Source: a virus (lineage: Duplodnaviria > Caudoviricetes). Taken from it: 34,260 nt of DNA. Location of the stretch: IMG/VR virus record IMGVR_UViG_3300025018_000355, positions 1 through 34,260 of that record; one strand, written 5' to 3'. The stretch's first letter is position 1. Every line of letters starts with the position of its first letter. Below are positions 26,821 to 34,260 of the stretch, in pieces. The position numbers were made by a program, and so were the translations under genes. The notes under the pieces are model-generated. The model made no database searches and was not told where the DNA came from. It saw nothing but the letters and a program-made list of their open reading frames with translations.

Positions 26821-29544
26821 ATGGCAAATAAAACATTAGAATATCTACTTACGATTAAAGATGAGGCTACTAAGTCTCTACAAAACTTTGGTAAAGAAGC
26901 ACAAAATATTGGAAAGAACCTTGATAATGTTGGTCGTAGTATAAGTGATGCAGGAGTTGGCTTTGCTAAAATTGGAGCGGCTGGAGTTGCAGGATTAGGT
27001 TTAGCTACAAAATCTGCTATGGATTTTGATTCTCAATTAAGAAATATCCAATCCATTAGTAAAATGACTGAAGCTGAAATCCAAGGAATGGGAAAAACCT
27101 TTATTGGATTAAGTAAAACACTCCCACAAACTGCTACTCAATTAGCAGAGGGTTTTTATAATATTCAGGGTTCAGGATTTGCAGGTGCTGATGCTTTAAA
27201 AGTTCTTGATGCCTCTGCAAGAGCAGCCTCGGCAGGTTTAACTACTACCGAAGCCTCAAGTTATGCGATCACATCGGCATTAAATGCTTACGGAATGAGT
27301 GCTGATGAGGCTAAAAATGTTTCTGATACTCTTTTTAAGACTGTTGATATTGGTGTTGTTTCATTTGAGCAATTAAGTGGAACTATTGGAGATGTTTTAG
27401 GTACGGCGGCTAATATGGGAGTTGGAATTGATCAGGTTGGAGCTGCTATTGCTGGAATGACTAAAAAAGGTATTGGAGCGGCTGAGGCAACAACATCCTT
27501 AAATGCTACTATTTTAGGATTTATGAAACCATCTGATCAAATGGCTGAATCCATGAGTGCATTAGGATATGAATCTGGTCAAGCTATGTTGGCTGAGATG
27601 GATCTTGGTCAAGCTATTTTGGCTGTAAGAAAACACGCAGAAGATAATGGTGCAACTGTCAATGATCTTTTTGGTAATGTTCGTGCATTAAAAGGTGTTC
27701 TAGCTTTAACTGGAGATGAGGCTGTTGGATTTAGCCAAGATCTGAAAGCTATGCAGGGAGCCACAGAGGGAGTTGGTGCTACCCAAGAAGCATTTACTGA
27801 ACAGGCAAAAGGTGCTGCTTTTCAGGCTAAAATCTTTGCTAATAATTTACAAAATATTGGTATTATTATTGGTAATTCAATTCTTCCAACTATCAATAGC
27901 TTTTTAGCTAAACTTACTCCACTAATTGAAAAGTTTTCACAATTTGCTGAAAAACATCCAAAACTAATTGTCGGTATCCTAGCCTTAGTTGCTTCATTTG
28001 CTGTGTTTGGAGCTATCTTAATCTTTGTCGGTCAGATGATTATGGCTGTTGGTGCAATTATTCCGTTTTTGGGTATGGTTGCTACTGGTGCAACTGCTGT
28101 AATGGGTGCTTTTGGTGCTGTATTAGCATTCTTAGTAAGTCCTATTGGATTAGTAATCTTAGCAGTAATGGCCTTAATTGCAGTTGGAGTTTTACTTTAT
28201 AAGAATTGGGATACTGTAAAAGCAAAAGCCTCTGAATTATGGAGTGGTATCAAATCGGGCTTTGAATCTATGGTTAAGGGAATCAGTAACTTTGGCAAAC
28301 GTATCGGGGATAGCATATCAAGTGGTATCTCACAAGGTAAAAGTTCAGTTAGTAACTTCTTTACTAATCTTGCCTCTGGTGCTCAAACTGGAATTACAAA
28401 TCTATTTAATAAAATAAAAACAATCTTTATTGGTGCTTTAGATCTTTTACTTAAAGGAGATTTTACAGGAGAATTTGGTAGAGCATTGGGATTAAGTGAG
28501 GACTCTCCAATAATTGCTAATGTTTTGATGTTTAGAGATATGCTTATTTCTGCATTTCAAACTATGGCAGATGGAATCTTAATGGCTTTAATGCCAGCCT
28601 TTTGGATATGGCAAAATATAATCTTCCCTCTTTTATTCTTAGCATTTGCTATCGTGTCAAGAATCTTATACGAAATCTATAATGTATTTGTTCTTGTGTT
28701 TACAATGATTAGAGATACTGTTGTTACTTTATTTACTGTTCTTTGGACAGCTTTAGTAACGATATTCACGGCCATTAGAGATTGGTTTATGATTACCCTT
28801 ACTGCACTATGGGTAGAGACAATTCAACCTATCCTATTGATTATGCAAGAAGGATTTTTACTCGTTTGGAATACGATTAAAGAGTTTACTATCATGGTTT
28901 GGACTGCATTAGTTGAGTTCTTTACTATGGTATGGCAACAGATCGTAAGTATCTTTACTTCTTTATGGAATAGCGTTGTTTCTATCTTTACTGCAATCTG
29001 GAGTTCTGCTCAAGCAATCTGGTCATCTATCTGGAATACAATTGTTACATTTGCAACTCAAATATATACAACTGTATCTCAAAAGTTTGAATCAGCTAAA
29101 GCAAAGGTAATTAGTATCTGGGAAGCATTGAAAAATGCTATCAGATCTATTGGCGAAGCAATTTATAACGCTATTGTTGAGCCATTTATCAGAGCTTTAA
29201 GAAAAGTTGAGGAAATCGCTAGTAAGATTAAAGAAGCAGCTAGAAAAATCTCTCCATTCCATAAAGAAAGTCCATCTCTTGTTGAGTTAGTACAATCTGG
29301 TATGGGTAAGATTAAATCTGAATATGCCTCACTTAATCGTATCAATATCCCATCTGCTCAAGAATTAGCAGGTGTTCCAAGTTTTGGTCCATTATCAAGT
29401 GGTATTGGTTCAACTCCAGTTATGGGTGAAAATAATACGACTACAAACACCATCAATGTAGAAGCAACAATCAATAGTGAAATGGATGCTCAAGAATTAG
29501 CAATGATTCTTGGTAATCAGTTAGCAAACTCAGGAGCATACTAA
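26821..29544 (+). CDS. tape measure protein, TP901-family core
   Basis: 907 aa, Ala/Gly-rich, AMDFDSQL motif, hydrophobic segments, W/F 11-residue repeats. Confidence 0.92.
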   Translation: MANKTLEYLLTIKDEATKSLQNFGKEAQNIGKNLDNVGRSISDAGVGFAKIGAAGVAGLGLATKSAMDFDSQLRNIQSISKMTEAEIQGMGKTFIGLSKTLPQTATQLAEGFYNIQGSGFAGADALKVLDASARAASAGLTTTEASSYAITSALNAYGMSADEAKNVSDTLFKTVDIGVVSFEQLSGTIGDVLGTAANMGVGIDQVGAAIAGMTKKGIGAAEATTSLNATILGFMKPSDQMAESMSALGYESGQAMLAEMDLGQAILAVRKHAEDNGATVNDLFGNVRALKGVLALTGDEAVGFSQDLKAMQGATEGVGATQEAFTEQAKGAAFQAKIFANNLQNIGIIIGNSILPTINSFLAKLTPLIEKFSQFAEKHPKLIVGILALVASFAVFGAILIFVGQMIMAVGAIIPFLGMVATGATAVMGAFGAVLAFLVSPIGLVILAVMALIAVGVLLYKNWDTVKAKASELWSGIKSGFESMVKGISNFGKRIGDSISSGISQGKSSVSNFFTNLASGAQTGITNLFNKIKTIFIGALDLLLKGDFTGEFGRALGLSEDSPIIANVLMFRDMLISAFQTMADGILMALMPAFWIWQNIIFPLLFLAFAIVSRILYEIYNVFVLVFTMIRDTVVTLFTVLWTALVTIFTAIRDWFMITLTALWVETIQPILLIMQEGFLLVWNTIKEFTIMVWTALVEFFTMVWQQIVSIFTSLWNSVVSIFTAIWSSAQAIWSSIWNTIVTFATQIYTTVSQKFESAKAKVISIWEALKNAIRSIGEAIYNAIVEPFIRALRKVEEIASKIKEAARKISPFHKESPSLVELVQSGMGKIKSEYASLNRINIPSAQELAGVPSFGPLSSGIGSTPVMGENNTTTNTINVEATINSEMDAQELAMILGNQLANSGAY

Positions 29545-29545
29545 T

Positions 29546-30388
29546 ATGATAAGTAATGTTTATATCAACGGAGTAGAAATCACGAGTAGTAATGTAAGAA
29601 TATCCTCTGTTAGAGACTCAATCAATGCAGGTATTGATGTATCAGATTATAAAAGAGGAGGTCGTGCAGGTGTAGCCCTCTCAACTCCATTTTATAGAAA
29701 CTTTGTAATCAATATGGAGTTCTGGATCTTTGCTACTTCTCCATCTGATGATCTAACTACTTTAAGAGATAATTTTGTTGGTTATTTAAGATTGGTTACT
29801 GATAAAGATGTTGAACAAAAAAAGACCTTTGGTTTTAAGATGAGTAATGGAGTAACTAAAGAAGTTCCTGCCATTATCTCTGATGTTAGATCAGATATTA
29901 CTCAGGCAAATCTCTCACATTCAGTCGTAAGTGTAACCATAAGAACAGAATTAGAATACTTTACCAGTAGTATGGGTACAAATAAGACAATCTCAGTTTA
30001 TGAGGGTGGTGGAATGCCAGTTCCTATGCCAGTTCCTATGAGTATGGCTTCTCCTATTGGTGGACCTGCTTTAATTCTAAATAACGGAGGAAATGCTGAA
30101 TATTTCCCAACAATTAAAGTCAATGGACCATTTACGGGTTTTGTTCTTAAAAATAATACAACTGGTAAGCAAATTGACTATGATGGAACACTTACTGGTT
30201 CTCAATATTTAACTTTAGATATGTATAACCGAGTAGCATTAGTCAATGGAACGAGTAATGCACTTGCTGATATTTCTGGAGATTGGTGGTGGTTACAGCC
30301 TGGAAATAATGAGATTTTGCTTATTACTTCTAGTGGTAGTGGAAACGCAGAGTTCCAAGATTATAAAGATGCTTATAGAGGTTTATAA
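29546..30388 (+). CDS. distal tail protein (Dit)
   Basis: Follows the tape measure gene; N.GNAEYFPTIKVNGP and WWWLQPGNNEI motifs. Confidence 0.8.
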   Translation: MISNVYINGVEITSSNVRISSVRDSINAGIDVSDYKRGGRAGVALSTPFYRNFVINMEFWIFATSPSDDLTTLRDNFVGYLRLVTDKDVEQKKTFGFKMSNGVTKEVPAIISDVRSDITQANLSHSVVSVTIRTELEYFTSSMGTNKTISVYEGGGMPVPMPVPMSMASPIGGPALILNNGGNAEYFPTIKVNGPFTGFVLKNNTTGKQIDYDGTLTGSQYLTLDMYNRVALVNGTSNALADISGDWWWLQPGNNEILLITSSGSGNAEFQDYKDAYRGL

Positions 30389-30400
30389 CGATTATAAATT

Positions 30401-31420
30401 ATGTACGATTTAATTATTCAATCACCAGATGACTCAACAGTATTTCGTCCTCCTTATGATTCAATCACAATAAAAGAAGAATTGAATAAAGGATACGACG
30501 GTAGCTTTACTATTTCATATCCAAGTATCAAAAAATATGCTGATGCCTTTGGTTTAACTCCTGATGATATTTTTGCTACCTCAAGTAGAGAGTGGTATGT
30601 AAGAAAGAATGAAGTTAAAATCTTTGGTGGAATCTTAATGGATAGACGTATTTCTGGTGGTGCAACTGGCTTAACTTCTTTAGTTGTAAATATTGCAGAC
30701 TTTTCTCTTTTATTAAACAAGCGAAGAACTGATGTTTTTTGGCAAAGATTATCAACTGACTCAGCAGATATTGTTGAGGATATGCTTGATTATACTAATG
30801 CAATAAGTCCTACTGGAATTGTAATGGGAAATAAACCTGTTACTAAAAATAGAGATCAGACTAGCAGATATGCAAATATCAGAGATGAAATTGTTTCAAT
30901 GTCTGCTCTTAAAAAATATGATGGTTATGATTGGGATGTAGATGTAACTAAAAGTCTTAATCTTTATTATCCAAAAGGCGAGGTCAGAGGATATATTATC
31001 CTTGATGAATTTAATACAACATCATTTCAAAATAATAGAAATCTACAAGGTAAACTAACTAATAAAGTCTATGTTCTTGGAAAAGGTTATGACGATGATA
31101 TGGTTGTCGGAACAAAAGAGAGTGTTGGTTCTCAAACTACTTGGGGATTATTGGAAGATGTTTTATCTGAAAAAGGAGTTGGAACTTTATCTGAGTTAGA
31201 AGATCGTGGAGAACAATTTGTTAATGATAATGCTTTTTCTACCGATGGTATTTCACTTAAACATCAAGATGGTACTCCAGATTTAACTTCATATAGTGTT
31301 GGAGATACAGTCAGAGCAATTAGGCGTGATCTATCTTATGATGAAGAACTAAGAGTTTATAAAAGAACAATACAAATTGATGATTCAGGAGGGGCGACAG
31401 TTGATTTGTCGTTTGAATAA
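30401..31420 (+). CDS. baseplate hub/Tal-like minor tail protein
   Basis: Follows Dit; TNKVYVLGKG, YSVGDTV motifs. Confidence 0.7.
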   Translation: MYDLIIQSPDDSTVFRPPYDSITIKEELNKGYDGSFTISYPSIKKYADAFGLTPDDIFATSSREWYVRKNEVKIFGGILMDRRISGGATGLTSLVVNIADFSLLLNKRRTDVFWQRLSTDSADIVEDMLDYTNAISPTGIVMGNKPVTKNRDQTSRYANIRDEIVSMSALKKYDGYDWDVDVTKSLNLYYPKGEVRGYIILDEFNTTSFQNNRNLQGKLTNKVYVLGKGYDDDMVVGTKESVGSQTTWGLLEDVLSEKGVGTLSELEDRGEQFVNDNAFSTDGISLKHQDGTPDLTSYSVGDTVRAIRRDLSYDEELRVYKRTIQIDDSGGATVDLSFE

Positions 31421-31653
31421 TGGCAGTAAATAAAAAACCAACAGATATTATTGAAGACATCAAAGAACTTGAGAGAAGATTATCTATTCTTGAAAGAACT
31501 GGTGGACTGAATAATCTTTTGTCAGTCGTATATACTGATGCAACAAGGCCAACAGCAGGTGTTGAGGGTCGTGTTATTTATAACTCAGACGATGGACAAT
31601 TAAATATTGATAATGGTACAGACTGGACTCTCCCAGATGGTACAGTTACTTAA
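31420..31653 (+). CDS. small tail-tip protein
   Basis: IKELERRLSILER coil, then GRVIYNSDD...GTDW motif. Confidence 0.6.
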   Translation: MAVNKKPTDIIEDIKELERRLSILERTGGLNNLLSVVYTDATRPTAGVEGRVIYNSDDGQLNIDNGTDWTLPDGTVT

Positions 31654-31662
31654 AATATATAA

Positions 31663-31692
31663 AGGAATTAAATAGTATAAAAAAGCTATAAT
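31663..31692 (+). promoter_or_regulatory. late-type promoter AGGAAT-N18-TATAAT (fibre module)
   Basis: AGGAAT 31663-31668, TATAAT 31687-31692. Confidence 0.65.
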
Positions 31693-31710
31693 AAGATAAG
31701 GAAATCAAAT

Positions 31711-32544
31711 ATGTCATTATATACAATTAGAACAGGCGCACCACTACATCCAGAAGATACAGTACTAGAACATCTTACTGATATGGTTCGTAAGGGTGGA
31801 GTATTAAATCCTGAAACCGATTTACTTACTGTTGAGCCATCTGGAGGTGGATTAAATGTTGATGTTGAAATTGGTCGTGGTTATATAAAGAAAAGTGGAA
31901 ACGCTTATCCAATTCGTAATACTGATACAAGAACTATTAGTATTGGTGCAAACAGTAGTGGTAATCCTCGTATTGATTCTATTGTTGCCTATTTAGATTT
32001 AACTATTATCCCAGATGGTACTACCTCCCAAGGAGATGATGTTTGTTCTATTGTTGCTGTTCAAGGAACTCCAGCAGCTAGTCCTGTTGCTCCATTAGAG
32101 GCTCAGATTGAATCAGCCATTGGATCAAGTAATCCTTATATTGTTTTAGATAATGTAACTGTCGCAAATGGGGCAAGTGGTATTAGTAATGCTAATATTG
32201 CTCGAGCCTGTGATAGAGTTTTTATGAAAACTCCTAAACCAACTTTTGATTTAGAATATTCTGCTACTATTACGCCAGATTATTTGGATGGAGATCAACA
32301 AAAAATTGATTTAGCTGGAAATATAACTATTAATGCTCCTACCAATATGGTAATTGGAGATTATTTAATGGTTAAATTAATCCAAGATGCAACTGGTGGA
32401 AGAACAGTTACTTGGTTTAGTGGTATTACTTGGTTATCAGCAGATTATTCAATTAATTCAACTGCCAATAAGGTTAGCGTATATGCCTTTAAAAAAGTTG
32501 GCACATCGAGTTATGAGGGATATCTGGTTGGTAAAGAATATTAA
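31711..32544 (+). CDS. minor tail/baseplate-fibre protein
   Basis: NPRIDSIVA and GTPAASPVAP motifs; C-terminal QDATGGRTVTW domain. Confidence 0.7.
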   Translation: MSLYTIRTGAPLHPEDTVLEHLTDMVRKGGVLNPETDLLTVEPSGGGLNVDVEIGRGYIKKSGNAYPIRNTDTRTISIGANSSGNPRIDSIVAYLDLTIIPDGTTSQGDDVCSIVAVQGTPAASPVAPLEAQIESAIGSSNPYIVLDNVTVANGASGISNANIARACDRVFMKTPKPTFDLEYSATITPDYLDGDQQKIDLAGNITINAPTNMVIGDYLMVKLIQDATGGRTVTWFSGITWLSADYSINSTANKVSVYAFKKVGTSSYEGYLVGKEY

Positions 32545-32574
32545 GGTTAGGCCAGTAGGCCACGAAAGGTTAGT

Positions 32575-32766
32575 ATGAAAGTAGTTTATATCGTTCAGGG
32601 ATTTGAAGCTAATGATCCTATGAGTGGAAGATTGAGTGATAGTGTAGAGGTTGAGGTATTTGCCAAAACTGAAAAAGAAGCAATCACGCAGGCTAAAAAG
32701 TATATTAAAAAGAAATATTTTAGGGTTAGTCGAGTAATTGAGATTGATCCTGAACTAAAAAGATAA
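32575..32766 (+). CDS. small hypothetical protein
   Basis: AAGGT RBS; lies between two tail genes. Confidence 0.55.
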   Translation: MKVVYIVQGFEANDPMSGRLSDSVEVEVFAKTEKEAITQAKKYIKKKYFRVSRVIEIDPELKR

Positions 32767-32769
32767 AAT

Positions 32770-34020
32770 ATGTTTACTCCAGATATAATTATCCCTCTTG
32801 ATGATTTAAATTCAAATATCCCATCTAATTGGGTTAGGGATACTGATTTTGATGATCGTATTCCTGTTCATTCAAATACTGGAGTTGGTGCTACTGGAGG
32901 ATCAAATACTCATACCCATACCACCCAAAGTCATAATCACGCTTTAAATAATCATACTCATACTGTTAGTTTTGGTTATTATGAAGAAGCAAGCGGTGGT
33001 GGTGCAGGTGCTAATGCTAATCCAAAAAGACGACACTATCATACAAGTGTAACAAGTTCTTCAATGAGTTCGGCTAATTCCAGTAGTGATAGCTTTACTA
33101 CTGGTTCTGGGTCTACATTACCTCCTTATTATGAAGTTATCTATATTAGAAGTACTGGATATAATTTAATTCCTCCTAATGGTATTTTATTTAGTCAAAC
33201 AGATTTAAGTAATTTAGATCTTTGTGATGGAAATGGTGGAACGCCTAATTTAGAGGGAAAGTTTTTAAAGGGTGCAGGTGCTGGTGGAAATGCTGGAGGA
33301 GCAGGTGGAACTACTAATCATACTCACGATGTAAGCCATTCTCATTCTTCTGGTGCTTCTCATACTCATAGTGGAACTTCTGGTGGATATGCTGGAGACA
33401 CATCTAGTCACGGTGGTGCTGATTCAACAGATGGTGTTAATGCCCATACTCACGGATTCACAACTGGATCAACAACTGCTCCTATTAATTCTTATTCAGG
33501 ATCTGGTGGTGGGGATACCTTAGTTTACCCCCCCTATCACACTTTAAAGCCATTTAAAAATATGGCTGGAGTTAATGTTCCATTACAAGAGGGGGCTATT
33601 GCTTTAACAAAACTATCAACGCCTCCAACTGGATGGCTAATTTGTGATGGAAATAATGGAACTCCAAATTTGCCAAGTAAATATGTAATGGCGAGTGCTA
33701 CTGCAGGAACAACTGGTGGAGCAACAACTCATACTCACGCAAATGTCAATCATACACATACCTCATCTTCTCATAGTCATACTGGTACAACAAATAGTGC
33801 CTCTCCATCAACATATCAAACAGGAGATGGATCATATCGCGGAAGATCTCCTCATACACATACATTAAGTACAAACAGCCAAACAGCAACATACGCAAAT
33901 AGTAATATCGTTTTTGATTCGGGAAGTTCTATCCCTGCTTATATTGAAGTTAAATATATTATGGCTACTGCATCTGCATTGGGTGGTGGTGCTGGATTTT
34001 TAGTACAAGAATTTATGTAA
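32770..34020 (+). CDS. tail fibre/receptor-binding protein with three collar plus HxH repeat units
   Basis: CDGN.GTPNL collar motifs; 12 HxH motifs; each unit ends in a (P)PY-like motif. Confidence 0.75.
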   Translation: MFTPDIIIPLDDLNSNIPSNWVRDTDFDDRIPVHSNTGVGATGGSNTHTHTTQSHNHALNNHTHTVSFGYYEEASGGGAGANANPKRRHYHTSVTSSSMSSANSSSDSFTTGSGSTLPPYYEVIYIRSTGYNLIPPNGILFSQTDLSNLDLCDGNGGTPNLEGKFLKGAGAGGNAGGAGGTTNHTHDVSHSHSSGASHTHSGTSGGYAGDTSSHGGADSTDGVNAHTHGFTTGSTTAPINSYSGSGGGDTLVYPPYHTLKPFKNMAGVNVPLQEGAIALTKLSTPPTGWLICDGNNGTPNLPSKYVMASATAGTTGGATTHTHANVNHTHTSSSHSHTGTTNSASPSTYQTGDGSYRGRSPHTHTLSTNSQTATYANSNIVFDSGSSIPAYIEVKYIMATASALGGGAGFLVQEFM

Positions 34021-34036
34021 TAACATTAGCTATAAT
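34007..34036 (+). promoter_or_regulatory. late-type promoter variant AAGAAT-N18-TATAAT (endolysin)
   Basis: AAGAAT 34007-34012, TATAAT 34031-34036. Confidence 0.5.
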
Positions 34037-34044
34037 AGGAGTAT

Positions 34045-34260
34045 ATGAAAAAAATTTGTTTACAAGCTGGTCATAAGGGAAGAACAACTGGAAGTACAGG
34101 TGCTCCAGGTGAACAAAAATGGACTTCTGAGATTGTTCCTAAAATAGCTTCCATTCTCCGTTCTCGAGGTTTTGAAGTAAAAGAAACTGGAGCAGATGAT
34201 TATAAAACTGATAAATCAATCGGTTCTACTGATTGGGATTTATTTTTATCTGTTCACTAT
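34045..34260 (+). CDS. N-acetylmuramoyl-L-alanine amidase (Amidase_3) endolysin, 3'-truncated
   Basis: MKKICLQAGH...GAPGE...DLFLSVH: zinc ligands H, E, H. Confidence 0.8.
   Translation, partial: MKKICLQAGHKGRTTGSTGAPGEQKWTSEIVPKIASILRSRGFEVKETGADDYKTDKSIGSTDWDLFLSVHY

Noticed and set aside
30013-30040. Tandem ATGCCAGTTCCT repeat
   Set aside because: Encodes the MPVPMPVPM proline loop typical of Dit proteins.
1321-30720. Minus-strand ORFs in the track
   Set aside because: All lie antisense to well-supported plus-strand genes and show no motifs; shadow frames.
5857-32578. Nested plus-strand alternative-frame ORFs (5857, 8840, 17640, 23664, 32387)
   Set aside because: They overlap real genes, with no RBS or motif support.
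32770-34020. Diversity-generating retroelement target
   Set aside because: No reverse transcriptase and no near-identical TR/VR pair; the repeats are old protein-level duplications.
1-34260. Stop-codon reassignment
   Set aside because: Long structural genes are intact in code 11, and TAA, TAG and TGA all end genes at tight junctions.
1-34260. CRISPR array, tRNA, intron/intein, integrase/att site
   Set aside because: No spaced repeats, cloverleaf or interrupted gene seen by eye; intergenic gaps are short.
1-34260. Restriction-site avoidance as support for DNA modification
   Set aside because: Cannot be counted reliably by eye; GATC, GAATTC and AAGCTT are present. Needs a k-mer observed/expected calculation.

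Overview
AT-rich, gene-dense, entirely plus-strand segment that looks like most of a ~35 kb long-tailed (siphovirus-like) phage genome in standard genetic code. Order: end of a probable lysis module (membrane protein, terminator); early/replication genes (MazG-like, DUF4373-type replication initiator with iteron-like repeats, membrane-anchored lytic transglycosylase, several CxxC mini-proteins, DUF5659-like, Fic, RecT-like annealing protein plus YqaJ exonuclease, gp32-like SSB, HTH proteins, NinG); a sugar-modification cassette (ParB-N fusion, TAGT/GREB1-like glycosyltransferase, UDP-galactopyranose mutase, second GT-A glycosyltransferase) overlapping into TerS-TerL; HK97-type head (portal-MuF fusion, protease, capsid); non-contractile tail (connectors, tube, chaperone with -1 frameshift, TP901-type tape measure, Dit, Tal-like, HxH-rich fibre); start of an Amidase_3 endolysin. 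The best candidate for a new system is the packaging-linked galactofuranose glycosylation cassette. Second is a late promoter class AGGAAT-N18-TATAAT, found six times and mostly giving near-leaderless mRNAs. No integrase, repressor, tRNA, CRISPR or reverse transcriptase was seen. All family calls are motif recognition by eye, not database searches.
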